64,000 nt of DNA, taken from NCBI RefSeq assembly GCF_006345805.1, contig NC_043000.1:15686001-15750000 (forward strand). The letters are read 5' to 3'. The DNA comes from Octopus sinensis. Taxonomy: Eukaryota. Below the pieces are notes generated by a model. The model was given only the letters and a program-made list of their open reading frames with translations. It did not search any database and was not told the DNA's origin. Shown here piece by piece: positions 12,705 to 24,849 of the stretch. The position numbers and the translations under genes were made by a program. Within the stretch, counting starts at the first letter, position 1. The number at the start of each line of letters is the position of its first letter.

Positions 12705-12870
12705 CATATGGATTGGATTGGATTGGATTGGATTACTCATGTTTAATCCACTGCAGGGCAAAAGCCTCAGCATACTCTCTCCACCAACCATAGTCTGATA
12801 TGGAGGCCATGAATTTGAGCTTGAGATTTTACTGGTTTGATGAGCCATCTCTGCCATCTGACTCAACATG
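12705..12870 (-). mobile_element. RTE 3' end remnant with (CCAAT)n tail
   Basis: Minus translation ...EAFALQWIKHE* followed by a pentanucleotide tail. Confidence 0.55.
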
Positions 12871-12875
12871 GTTTG

Positions 12876-13183
12876 GTGGAGGCAGATGGCCTAGTGGTTA
12901 GAGCAGCAGACTCGCGGTCGATGGATTGCGGGTTCAAATCTCAGACTGGGTGATGTGTGTGTTTATTGAGCGAAACACCTAAGCTCCATGCGGCTCCAGC
13001 AGAAGGTAATGGTGAACTTCTGCTGACTCTTTCGCCACAACTTTCTCTCACTCTTTCCTCATTCATCTTGTAGCTCATCTGCAACGGACCGGCGTCCCGT
13101 CCAGGTGGGGAACCTATACGCCAAGGAAACTAGGAAACCGGCCCTTATGAGCCAGGCATGGCTTGAGAAGGAACAAACAACAA
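12876..13183 (+). mobile_element. SINE family E (Arg-type tRNA head, CORE-like, V-like domain, (AAC)n tail), 12 bp TSD
   Basis: Head shared with family D; GGACCGGCGTCCCGTCCAGG V-like motif; CAACATGGTTTG at 12864-12875 and 13184-13195. Confidence 0.8.
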
Positions 13184-13712
13184 CAACATGGTTTGGCAGA
13201 GAGATACAGTTTTTTTTTTTACCATCATACCTAGGAGTAATTAAGTTGGTTACATTGACCCCGAGAGGATAAAAACAAAGTCAAACTTGGTAAGCGCATA
13301 TCACCAAGTAAAAACGATACTGGACAGTTAGCCGAAAGATAAATGATTTGTATTGTATTATCATCACTGTGTTGTGTCTGTAATAAAAGTACTGAACTCA
13401 CAAACGAAAATAGATACCACCATGTAAAACAATCTCACCACTCCAAACAATGACATCATTATAAAAGTGACAAGGTGTCTCTTTAAATTGCAGTGGTAAG
13501 TTTGAATTATTTTGTGGGCAATAATTTGAGGAGAAATTGACAATAGAAGATTGATTTATTGCATAAAGTATACACTATATACAAATGGTGTCTTTAGTAT
13601 GAGTTAATGATTTAGGGGACTTGTTACAATATTAGCTGTTAAAAGTCAGCTTGTGCTTATGTATGATCGCTTCTTAGACACAGATGGGTCTTCTTAAACA
13701 GTAGTGTTAAGT

Positions 13713-13875
13713 AGGTGTAGGAGTGGCTGTGTGGTAAGTAGCTTTCTTACCAACCACATGGATCCGAGTTCAGTTCCACTACATGGCACCTTGGGCAAGT
13801 GTCTTCTACTATAGCCTTGGGCCGACCAAAGCCTTGTGAGTGGATTAGGTAGATGGAAACTGAAAGAAGCCCATC

Positions 13876-13958
<83 letters not shown>

Positions 13959-14175
13959 GTGTGTGTATATGTTTGTGGGTCTGTGTTTGTCCCCCCAACA
14001 TCGCTTGACAACCGATGCTGGTGTGTTTCGGCAAAAGAAACCGATAGGATAAGTACTAGGCTTATAAAGAATAAGTCCTGGGGGGGGGGGGGATTTGCTC
14101 GACTAAAGGCGGTGCTCCAGCATGGCCACAGTCAAATGACTGAAACAAGTAAAAACGTAAAGAGTAAAAAGAGAG
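13713..14175 (+). mobile_element. SINE family B, near full length
   Basis: Head, (TA)n and tail; short deletion in the body. Confidence 0.9.
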
Positions 14176-14658
14176 AAGGCCACATGAATGACTAGAGAAT
14201 CATGACTTCTTCATCTAAGCTACATTTACTGGGTGACAGTGTTACATCACATGGCATTCCAGTCACTAACTACAACAAGGATTCATTTATTGTAGTCCTA
14301 AGAAGTTCCTCTGTGTGGAATTGATTAGAGTGAATGAAATTGCATTTGCTCTACAGGGAGACCAGCTTTTCCTTTTGGTAGTCCAGCATTGATTGGAATG
14401 ACCATAAACTGGATAATCCTTAGGTTGTACATCAGATGCCTCTTTTCCTGGATGTATGTCCTAGTCAGAAGCATAGGTTCATCGCTCACACTCTGACCTT
14501 ACAGTATGTTTGTTCACCATTTCAATCAAATATTTCTATTTTTCAGTACACTTACTAGACTCTCTGTTGGGTTTCTAGCAACCTTCCTTACCAGGTGAGC
14601 CTGATATATATGCTGGTTTAGTTACCAGTGATCCAACCATGTAACAATTTTTACTCAA

Positions 14659-15000
14659 CTAGCACTATGACCCGGCAACACCGGGTCATAGTGCTGGTGC
14701 ATACATATACAGCTGCGTGTGTGCACACATACACACGAGTACTGTCCAAATCTCTGACGAATCACATACAGCTAGCTGGCATTCAGTTGGCATGTCAAGT
14801 TTCGAGCATTTTGATTGGGTTTTGGATAGAAAATTCACAAAAAAGTCACTTCTATTGATTTTTTTTAATGGCTTTGCAGGGTGACTGGGGAAATGTAAAG
14901 ATGTGAATGACCATAGAAAGTGCAAGCCCTCTAACTGAAAAATTGTGGATTTGTATAAAGGACACACACACAGACATTTTGCCGTTTATATATATAGAGA
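14659..15000 (-). mobile_element. Non-autonomous Helitron
   Basis: Minus strand: A|TC start at 15000, CTAG|T end at 14659; perfect 15 bp hairpin arms at 14661-14675 and 14681-14695; no TSD. Confidence 0.85.
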
Positions 15001-15898
15001 TTCAGCTGACTCTATATAAATTTTACTTAGTAGGATTTACTATTGATGTTAAATGGTAGATTAAGTTAGTTGCCATTTCACTTGTAATGTCTTCATATTC
15101 TGGTTTATGGTTATATATACTGATTATTACCTTTTTTGTTTCTACTTCTACTAAATATATATATACATAATATTTTTTGGTTTATTTTGAACTCACTAAC
15201 CTATATTTACAATAGAGTTTTAATGTCTATCCATTTCAATGCAATCCTCTGAAATAGATGTGCCAATCCTATAGAAACTGACTTGAAAGCATCAAGCTAT
15301 TAAATGTCATAAATTTGCTGGAAACTATTCTCAGTTAATGAGATAAATTATATTTTCCATTAGTTACTGAAGTACTATTTCTGGTATATTTTATTAGGAA
15401 AAAAGTTTTTGCACTGGCAGAGTTAATACTTATGTTTTTGCTTTTATGATATATCCTTTTATGACATATCTTGACTTTCTTCATGGCTGTAATTCAGCTA
15501 TAACTTTTCTTAAATTTAATGAAGTAGGTAACATAATATTGGCCAAGCAATCAGAATAGTTAAATGTCAGTGTGGTTGGTGTAGTGCGTGTTATCTAAGC
15601 TTCCTGAATGTTATTGGTTACCTTCAATCATAAAGCTATTTATTTTTAGAAATATTTATTGAAATAATATCTTATTCAACCATTAACCATGTTTTTATCA
15701 TTTTTCGAATTTCAAATTTCAGATCAACTCATTTCTGTACTGGCTGTTCTGAATCCATCTTTTCATTTATTTCTCCAGATAGATATGTCATGACTTTGAA
15801 TTTTTATTAAGTCAAGAACAACTAAGACCTGATCCCATAAGTAGCAAACGTCTACATTGAGGTGATTGTGTTAATGTTGTTTATTTAAAAAAAAAAAT

Positions 15899-16168
15899 GG
15901 ACAACAAAAAACCTGGCTGATGACAGTCAAGGCTGATCTGGAACTGGACAACGAAAAATCTGGCTGATGATGGTCAAGGCTGATCTGGAACCCAACCTAG
16001 GCCCCCATATCTACGGTGTTCGCCACTGGAATAAGGAGTGGTTGGAGATCACGCAGTCGTTAGCCTCAAATCACCAGGCCTGGTCAGCATTTGTGAGAGA
16101 TGCAGCATTGAGGACAAATGAAACCAGCTCAACCCACCCCGGGTGAATGCTGTAAGAAGAAGAAGATG
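15899..16168 (+). mobile_element. RTE LINE 3' end with (AAG)n tail
   Basis: GQRKIWLMMVKADLEPNLGPHIYGVRHWNKEWLEITQSLASNHQAWSAFVRDAA...*; first 47 bp duplicated. Confidence 0.8.
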
Positions 16169-16199
16169 TTGTTTAGCTCTATTTTAGCCTTGATTTGGC

Positions 16200-16420
16200 A
16201 AAGATGGTGAGCTGGCAGAAACGTTAGCACACCGGGCAAAATGCTTAGCAGTATTTCATCTGTCTTTGTGTTCTGAGTTCAAATTCCGCCGAGGTCGACT
16301 TTGCCTTTCATCCTTTCGGGATCAATAAATTAAGTACTAGTTGCATACTGGGTTGATCTAATCAACTGCCCCCTCCCCCAAAATTTCAGGCCTTGTGCCT
16401 AGAGTAGAAAAGAAAAGAAA
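16200..16420 (+). mobile_element. SINE family C, full length
   Basis: GGTGAGCTGGCAGAAACGTTAGCAC head; intact core. Confidence 0.9.
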
Positions 16421-16488
16421 GTCTGTGGTCAAGCTGAAACTCATTCTGGCTTTTGAGGATTATATTATCCAACATCCTTCCTTTCTAA

Positions 16489-16650
16489 CCCTTTAGCATT
16501 TAAAGTAGCTATATCCAGCCCAAATATTCTATGTTTTATTTTCAAATTGGCTAAATCCAGCTCCTCACACCTACCCTACAATGTCATTCTAGACATATAC
16601 AATCACATTATTGAAATATCTAAGCTGCAAGATAATGTATGATTAATTCA
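16489..16650 (+). mobile_element. Truncated TTAA-type MITE (CCCTTTAGCATTT terminus)
   Basis: Homologous to the reverse complement of 18314-18534. Confidence 0.7.
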
Positions 16651-16759
16651 CACCACATTAGAGGCTTCCTTATTGGTTGGAAAAGATGCTCAGTTTTCCA
16701 GGTTGTCACTCATTTGAGTACTCACCAGACTCAACGCTGCTCAGTCTTAGTAATCTGAC

Positions 16760-17030
16760 AAAAACCATTCATATATGCATTAAAGTGTTGTAAACAAGGG
16801 TTATTGGCTAAAGTGGCAGTGACACATAAAAGGTGCCCATGCTGGTGACACGTAAAAGGAACCCACTACACTCTTGGAGTGGTTTGTGTTAGGAAGGACA
16901 TTCAGCCGTTGAAATCAAGCCAAACCAGCCTGAAGCCTGGTACAACTCTCCAGCTTACAGTTCCAGCCAAACCATCTCATCCATGCCAGCATTGGAAAAC
17001 AGATACTAAATGATGATGATATGATGATGA
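16760..17030 (+). mobile_element. SINE family A, diverged
   Basis: CCCACTACACTCTTGGAGTGG..GTTAGGAAGG core; (GAT)n tail. Confidence 0.7.
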
Positions 17031-17109
17031 TCTTCCACAGGTTTCTTAAATTCTGAGATAGATTTGGTTATATTTGAGTCTAGAAACACAAGCATATTGA
17101 CCATTTATC

Positions 17110-17578
17110 AGCTATTAAGTCTGTGTATGAAAGATGGCAGAATCCCCAAGGACATACTCTACGGAGAGCTTGCTAGGGGTACTAGGTCTGTGGGTAGACC
17201 GATCTTACGTTACAAGGATGTTTGCAAAAGGGACATGAAGGCCTGCAACATCAACATTAGCGGTTGAGAAGCAGTTGCCAGCAACCGTGGAGACTGGCGA
17301 CATACCATAAGAGAGGGAATACAAAGGAGTGACAGAGAGAGAGAGAGGAGAAATAGAAAGACAAGAAAAGACGTCAACAAGAAACTATGGCATTACAACC
17401 AGCCAGGAACAGTCTTCTTCGCTACATTTGCAGTACCTGCCAGAGGGAGTGTTTGTCCAGGATAGGACTACACAGCTACAGCAGGAAATGTATCAGGACA
17501 TGAAATGTAAAAGCCGGACTAGACTACTTTATGCGCAACTCCATTGTCTCCCGAGACACAAAGGATGCCAACCAAGTC
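17110..17578 (+). mobile_element. RTE/BovB-like LINE 3' end
   Basis: MKDGRIPKDILYGELARGTRSVGRPILRYKDVCKRDMK... then YICSTCQRECLSRIGLHSYSRKC; disrupted. Confidence 0.9.
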
Positions 17579-17716
17579 TGTGTAGTAGTTAAATGAGGTT
17601 TTACTTGAGCACATAGTTCATGACCAGTAACACAATGTGCCAAAACTGAATACATAAACAAGTGCCTGTCCAACAGTGATTGCATCATCCACACTCTCAA
17701 CAGTGCACCTTTAAAT

Positions 17717-18265
17717 ATGGTTTCTGATTATAAATATCTTGGGTCATACATATCATCATCTGGAAAAGACTTTCTAACTAGAAAGGGTATGGCCTGGTCA
17801 GCCTGTAATGACATGCATAAGATCTGGTCATCAAATCTAAGTAGAGACTTCAAACTTGAAATCTTCAAAGCCACAGTCGAACCAATTCTACTATATGGCT
17901 CAGAAGCCTGGACGTTATCAAAGAAGCTTGAGAGGCGGTTGGATGGAACCTACACTCGCCTCCTTATGAGAGCTCAAAATCTCTCGTGGAAGCGCCATCC
18001 AACCAAAATGCAAATATATGGGAAACTACCACCTGTGTCATCTCTTGTGAAAGGTAGGAGAGTCCAGTTTGGTGGACATTGTTGTAGAGCCATCTACTCG
18101 CAATACCAGAGGGCGCACACTCTCCTACCCTGATGTAATCTCCAGGGATACAGGCATCCAGCAACAGGACCTCTATAATGCCATGATGGACCGTGAAGTC
18201 TGGCGTAGCATGGTAAATTCCATTGTCTCGACCACGGTCGAACAATGATGATGATGATGATGATG
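17717..18265 (+). mobile_element. RTE LINE RT C-terminus and 3' end, internally deleted, (ATG)n tail
   Basis: YKYLGSYI...IFKATVEPILLYGSEAWTL...RRVQFGGHC, then SYPDVISRDTG...MMDREVWRSMV*. Confidence 0.9.
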
Positions 18266-18313
18266 AATGTACCCAAGCCCTCTGTGACCAGAAACTGGTA
18301 ATGTATCTATTAA

Positions 18314-18534
18314 GCCGTTAGTGTTCGCATTATTCTGCCAAAATTAATACTTTTTTATCCACATTGTTTTGAATTAATCACGCATTATCTTGTAGCTATG
18401 AGATTTTGATGAAGTAGCTGTTCATTTTTAAAACGATATTGTAGAGTTGGTGTGAGAGACCAGATTTGGCCAGTTTGCACATAAAACAGGCAGAATACTT
18501 TTGGCCGGATATGGCCGGCTTAAATGCTAAAGGG
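18314..18534 (-). mobile_element. TTAA-flanked MITE
   Basis: TTAA at 18310-18313 and 18535-18538; terminus AAATGCTAAAGGG. Confidence 0.75.
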
Positions 18535-19332
18535 TTAAACCTCTGTAATTCTTATTAACATTGAACATCAGCAAGGCAGTATCTTTGCAGTGTCTCTGAA
18601 TCTCATGGCTTTTATATAGAATACTTTACAACTCTGTGTAGCCATGTGTTCCAACTGCCCCTACACAACCATGTTATTGATATCTAGTTATTCAAAGCAA
18701 TGAAATTTAGAGCTATACAACAGTACTGTTTTTAAACTAAACCTGATCAGCTTGAGTTCATTCCAGTGTGAATCAAGATAACGAACAATATTTCTAATAG
18801 CTTTTTGTTTTCTGTTCAAATTCTTAATGAGATTATCATTTATGTCAGAATTTTGGCATACAAAAAAAAAAACTCACGAATAATTTCACAGCATTATCGT
18901 TATTAACAAATAACCATCACTAGTTCGCTTTATTTTATATAGATTTGCTCATATTTTTGCATTTTTATCTAACTTTTTCCTTGCCAATATACATTTCATA
19001 ATTCTTGCAAACTTGAATGAACTGAAATATGAATTGTTGATCCATATATATATATATTTTTTTTTTTGTTGTTGTTGCTTATTTTTCCTTGGATTAGTGA
19101 TTTGATTGTGAAATATTTGTGACACCTGTTCTTTAAGCAGACAAATGATCGAAATAAATTCCAGGTATAGTGGAACTGTAAAATAGTTGTAGCAGAATTT
19201 AAATAATCATTATTCTAATGATAGTGACATCTGTCTGTCTGTAAACCTCCAGTTTAGCTTGTAACTCACCCTTTCTCTTACCGTCTTCCTCTGTATGTAT
19301 TACATATGAGCACGTGTGTGTGTATGTATGTA

Positions 19333-19695
19333 GTAGGAGCACTCCGTCGGTTACGACGATGAGGGTCCCAGCTGATACGATCAACGGAACAGCTTGCTTG
19401 TAGAATTAACGTGCAAGTGGCTGAGCACTCCACAGACACATGTACCCTTAACGTAGTTCTCGGGGATATTCAGCGTGACACAGAGAGTGACAAGGCCAGC
19501 CCTTTGAAATACAGGTACAACAGAAACAGGAAGAAAGAGTGAGAGAAAGTTGTGGTGAAAGAGTACAGGAGCCTCGTGGAGCTGTTTTAGGTGTTTTCGC
19601 TCAATAAACACTCACAATGCCCGGTCTGGGAATCGAAACCGCGATCCTACGACCGCGAGTCCGCTGCCCTAACCACTGGGCCATTGCGCCTCCAC
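19333..19695 (-). mobile_element. SINE family D (tRNA-Arg-like head)
   Basis: Head with A-box TGGCCCAGTGG, TCG anticodon-like loop and B-box GGTTTCGATTCC; TGTATGTATGTA on both flanks. Confidence 0.9.
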
Positions 19696-19877
19696 TTGTA
19701 TGTATGTACGTACACAGAAATGCAAATATATATTTCTGAATATGGCCCTTAAAAACATTAGCTACCACTTTTGAAAATAGAAATTTTTTTCTTTTAAAAG
19801 AATTAAGTTTATTACAAAATGGGAATAAAATTATGAATCTCCATTCTTAAAATTTCTCCTAAGAAAACTTACAAATC

Positions 19878-20265
19878 ATCATTTAAGATCCGCTTTCCAT
19901 GCTAGCATGGGTTGGACAATTTTGACTGTGGGCTGGTGAACCAGATGGCTGCACCACGCTCCAATCTTGATCTGGCAGAGTTTCTACAGCTGGATGCCCT
20001 TCCTAACGCCAACCACTCCGAGTGTGTAGTGGGTGCTTTTTACGTGCCACTGGCACGGGGGCCAGTCAGGCGGTACTGGCAATGACCTCGCTTGAATCCT
20101 TTTACACATGCCACCGGCACAGGTGCCAGTAAGGCAACGTTGGCAACGATCACGGTCGAATGGTGCCCTTTTACATGCCACCGGCACGGAAGCCAGTTGG
20201 CTGCTCTGGCAACGATCACGCTCGGATGGTGCTCTTGGCACCCTACTAGCACAGGCACAAGTACC
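19878..20265 (-). mobile_element. SINE family A with 4-5 head units
   Basis: Tail, core and repeated GTGCCACCGGCAC units. Confidence 0.9.
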
Positions 20266-20468
20266 AGTAAGCACAAGTGCAGTAAATAAATATCCATTTT
20301 TCTCTGTTAAATTTAATGAATAGCTTTCCTTACAATTTTCTTAACATGTTCACACAGGGTTAGTCCTGTGTTGTTCTCAGTTGGGTTAGGGATCTATCAG
20401 ATTTTTATTAGTTAAAGTCAATTTACTACACCTCTTGGTGTAGTAAAACCCTGCCAAAACAGACAGTG

Positions 20469-20595
20469 CAGCCTTCTGCTTAGCCAGCCTTCTGCTTAGC
20501 CAGCCTTCTGCTTAGCCAGCCTTCTGCTTAGCCAGCCTTTGTCAAACCATCCAACCCATGCCAGCATGGAAAACGGATGTTAAATTATGATGAAG
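20469..20595 (+). repeat. Four 16 bp repeats fused to a family A tail
   Basis: CAGCCTTCTGCTTAGC x4 (20469-20532), then CCAACCCATGCCAGCATGGAAAACGGATGTTAAA. Confidence 0.85.
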
Positions 20596-20650
20596 AGGAT
20601 CTTACAGGTATCACAATTGTGAAAATGTTAAATTCCCTAAGAATATTCTA

Positions 20651-20865
20651 TTCTTTTACTGATTTCAGTCATTTGACTGCAGCCATGCTGGAGCAAGTAC
20701 TGCCTTGAAGGCTTTTATTTGAACAAATCGACTCCAGGGCTTACTTTTTTTTAAAGCCTAGTACTTATTCTTTCAGTCTTTTTTGCCAAACCACTAAGTT
20801 ATCGGGACATAAGCACACCAACACCAGTTGTCAAGCAGTGATGAGAAGACAAACACAGACACACA

Positions 20866-20928
<63 letters not shown>

Positions 20929-21087
20929 ACAGGCTTCTTTCAGTTTCCATCTACCAAATCCATTTACAAGGCTTTGGTCAGCCTGAGGCTATAGTAGAAG
21001 ACACATGCCCAAGGTGCCATACAGTGGGACTGAACCTGGAACCATGTGGTTGGGAAGCAAGTTTCTTACCACACAGCCACTCCTGTA
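20651..21087 (-). mobile_element. SINE family B, full length
   Basis: Tail, body, (TA)n and head. Confidence 0.9.
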
Positions 21088-21524
21088 TACAATATATGCA
21101 ATATTTGTGAACAAAGACTGTTTAGTTGCCAAAATTTCTTGTCTATGGTTTGTTGTATATAAAGTTGCATATAGAAATAAAAACACAAAGACTCATAGAT
21201 ATTTCGCTCTGTTAGATGTTCCATTTATTTCGATATTGCTCTGTCTTCTTTTATTTAACTCTTTGTTGAATATATATATCTATGTTCAATTGAACAATGT
21301 GTTACAAGTATTACTTATTCAAGGTTTAAAACAACAGGTCATGCTCTACTTGTAATGATGAATATAGTGATATCGTCCTTTTATGTTTGCATTTTCTATG
21401 CCTGTACGGGTTTTGACTGGAGTCACAATGTCTCACCTTCATCTATGGTTAATTTTCACCTGGCACATTCAAAGGCTACGAAACTCATTAGTGTATGTGT
21501 ATGTGCTCTCTGTTCTTTTATTCT

Positions 21525-21890
21525 TTTGTTTGTTTCAGTCATTTGACTGTGGTCATGCTGGAGCACCTTTAGTTGAACAAAGGCTTATTCTTTGTAATCC
21601 CAGGGCTTATTCTTTGTAAGCCGAGAACTTATTCTGTCAGTCTCTTTTGCTTAACCACTAAGTTATAGGGATGTAAACACACCAACATCGGTTGTCAAGC
21701 AGCGGTGGTGGGGCACAAACACACACACACAAATATATATACATACATACATATCATCATCATCGTTTAACGTCCGATTTCCATGTTAGGCTTACAAAGA
21801 ATAAGTCCTGGGGTCAATTTGCTCGACTAAAGGCGGTGCTCCAGCCTGGTCGCAGTCAAATGACTGAAACAAGTAAAAGAGTAAAAGAGA
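21525..21890. mobile_element. Composite: B 3' half (-), A tail (-), B 3' end (+)
   Basis: Segments at 21525-21730, 21753-21785 and 21786-21890. Confidence 0.75.
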
Positions 21891-22639
21891 GAGTATTCAT
21901 GTGCTACAAGATCCAGTTCCAAAAAAAACGAATTAATTCATGTTCTCTCAATGGTTTATAAATTCTTATGGCATCATTATGGTGCAGTCTTTTGCAAGAA
22001 AAGCAGCTTAAGAATTCAGAAGAATGAAGTATATTTCAATAACAGTTTGGTTAAGGCTGCTGAAATGTTATTCATAAAAGTGGAGACTATTTATAATAAG
22101 AGTGAAAAAAAAAAAAAAAAAAAAAAAAAAAGGAGCAGGAGAAAGGTATAAAATAATACGTTTTACATATTTTTTATCTGTACTGAAATTAGCATTAATG
22201 GGTCTGCAGTATTTTCATTTTGTGGTTATCTTGATCTTTCTTCAAATGTTTTCTCTCACAGCATAGTAATGATGCTGAAATATGGTGTGCTGAATACATG
22301 ATATAAACTTCCACAACATTTTTGAAAATATCTTTTGTTTCAGTGTTGGCAGATTTATAAATTTGCTTATAAATGTTTAGAAGACTCCTACTAAAGTTAA
22401 TGGCATGTTGGTTAAGAATGTTTGTATGCTAATGTCTTACTCTTAAGTTTATGTCGCAATAATATAAGCTAGATAATGAAGTTAGCACTTTGCTATTTAG
22501 CCACACGATTTTATATGGCAGTAGTGGAGAGTATTGGTACTGCAACTCTGAGTATACAGAGTTATAATACTATCAATTTATCCTTATTTTTAACATATAT
22601 AAAATATTGGGCATATATAAAAATTTTAGGCTGTGTGGT

Positions 22640-23030
22640 GGATGGAAGCACTCCGTCGGTTACGACGATGAGGGTTCCGGTTGATCCGAATCAACGGAAC
22701 AGCCTGCTCGTGAAATTAACGTGTAAGTGGCTGAGCACTCCACAGACACGTGCACCCTTAACGTAGTTCTCGGGGATATTCAGCGTGACACAGAGAGTGA
22801 CAAGGCCGGCCCCTTGAAATACAGGTACAACAGAAACAGGAAGTAAGAGTGAGAGAAAGTTGTGGTGAAAGAGTACAGCAGGGATCACCACCATCCCCTG
22901 CCGGAGCCTCGTGGAGCTGTTTTAGGTGTTTTCACTCAATAAACACTCACAACGCCCGGTCTGGGAATCGAAACTGCGATCCTATGACCGCGAATCCGCT
23001 GCCCTAACCACTGGGCCATTGCGCCTCCAC
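22640..23030 (-). mobile_element. SINE family D inserted into the A-box of a family B SINE, 12 bp TSD
   Basis: AGGCTGTGTGGT at 22628-22639 and 23031-23042. Confidence 0.92.
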
Positions 23031-23290
23031 AGGCTGTGTGGTAGGTAGCTTATGTACGAACCACATGGTTCCGGGTTCAGTCCCACTGCATAGCACCTTG
23101 GGCAAGTGTCTTCTACTATAGCCTCGGGCCGACTAAAGCCTTGTGAGTGTGATTTGGTAGACAGAAACTGAAAGAAGTCCATTGTATATATGTATATATA
23201 TATATATATATGTGTATGTGTGTGTATATGTTTGTGTGACTGTGTTCCCCCCCCCAATATCGCTTGACAACCGATGCTGGTGTGTTTTAA
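23031..23290 (+). mobile_element. SINE family B, 3' truncated
   Basis: Head, (TA)/(TG)n and partial body. Confidence 0.85.
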
Positions 23291-23553
23291 TGGGGCCAAA
23301 TCAAACTGTTTTAAAAATTCCATAGGCTTCTTATAGAAACCTAGCTCATCAAGTCCAGTCAGCTAGGTTCCTGTAATGACCCTACAAAACATTAAATTGC
23401 ATGGGGCTGAATCAAACCAGTTTAAATAATAATAATAATTATAATGGCTTATCAATGTATACAGTACGTTTCTCTGCCCTAGGTGTCAGGAAGACACTCA
23501 GCAAGAAATGGAAACTGAATTGAAAGAAGATGCTAATGAGAATAATTATAATT

Positions 23554-23584
<31 letters not shown>

Positions 23585-23588
<4 letters not shown>

Positions 23589-23985
23589 GGCACAAGGTCA
23601 GTAAGTTCAGGGGAGGGATTAGTTGATTACATCAACTCCAGTACACAACTGGTACTTATTTCATGGACCCTGAAAGGATGAAAAGCAAAATTGATCTTCG
23701 CTGAATTTGAACTCAGAACATAAAGCCAAATGAAGCACTGCCAAGCATTTTGCTCAGCATGCTAATGATTCTGCCAGCTTGCCACCTTAACAACAACAAC
23801 AATAATTACACACACAATGCCACACAATTTCTTTAGTTTCTGCCTTCTGAATTCTCTCACAAAGCATTGGTTGGCCTAGGGCTATAGCATCAGATACTTG
23901 CCCAAGGTGCTGCGCAGTGGGACTGAACTCAAAACCACGTGATTGCAAAGCAAGCTGCTTAACTACACAACCATACCTCTGTGTT
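23585..23985 (-). mobile_element. SINE family C (23585-23790) and family B head (23810-23985)
   Basis: Recognisable cores of both families. Confidence 0.75.
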
Positions 23986-24535
23986 TGTGTGTGTGCGTGC
24001 GTGCGTGCATGTGTGTATGCACATGTGTATATGTTTTATATGTGTGTGTATAAATCATAGTTAGCATACCCTTCAGTATGTTTTTTGATTTATAATTAAA
24101 AAAAAAAACGGAAAAAAAAGACGATGTCATTGATCTTTTGCAAACCTGCACAGATTTTTGCAATTAACGTGATTGATATTCAGTTTGAATGTCTGTAGTT
24201 TGATGTCTGTCTGGAAAATGTGAAGAAAGAAAGAATTCTAGAGGATGACAGTACTACAGAGGACTGAGTGGTCAAAGCGTTATTCTTTGGGCTGCAATGA
24301 GGAGGAGATGAGAGACTATTAAATTTAGATACAGTTGACAGTTGGACAAATCATTTAGGAGGGCCTCAAATCATATTGTCAAGCTATATGCTGATGTTAA
24401 GAGAAATAATATTGATTTTACTAACATTTTCAAGAGCAAGATGTTACTCACTTGTGTTATAGGAGGGCAGTTCAGTAGATCTAGTTCTATGGAAACCATA
24501 ATGGTATGTTATAATAATAATGGCATGTGAAAAAA

Positions 24536-24830
24536 CATTCAAGCGAGGTCGTTGCCAGTGCCGCTGGACTGGCTCCTATGCAGGTGGCACATAAAAAGCA
24601 CCATTTGGGTGTGGCCGTTGCCAATACCACCTGACTGACCCTTGTGCCGGTGGCATGTTAAAGCACCCACTACACTCTCGGAGTGGTTGGCGTTAGGAAG
24701 GGCATCCAGCTGTAGAAACTCTGCCAGATCAGACTGGAGCCTGATGCAGCCATCTGGTTTGCCAGTCCTCGGTCAAACTGTCCAACCTGCGCTAGCATGG
24801 AAAGCAGACGTTAAACGATGATGATGATGC
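24536..24830 (+). mobile_element. SINE family A
   Basis: 2 head units, GGTTGGCGTTAGGAAGGGCATCCAGCTGTAG core, (GAT)n tail. Confidence 0.9.
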
Positions 24831-24849
24831 TCGCGTGCACCACAACTTG

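Noticed and set aside
13290-13700. Possible decayed C2H2 zinc-finger fragments
   Set aside because: Only isolated Cys/His-like words, with no complete finger or open frame.
19141-19164. 24 nt microexon candidate (CAG|...CAG|GTATAG)
   Set aside because: Weak donor; such matches are expected by chance in 64 kb.
19381-19611. Near-identical ORFs at 19.4, 22.7 and 32.4 kb suggesting a gene family
   Set aside because: All lie within family D SINE copies.
19620-19695. tRNA-Arg gene
   Set aside because: It is the head of a repeated, TSD-flanked SINE and has no proper acceptor stem.
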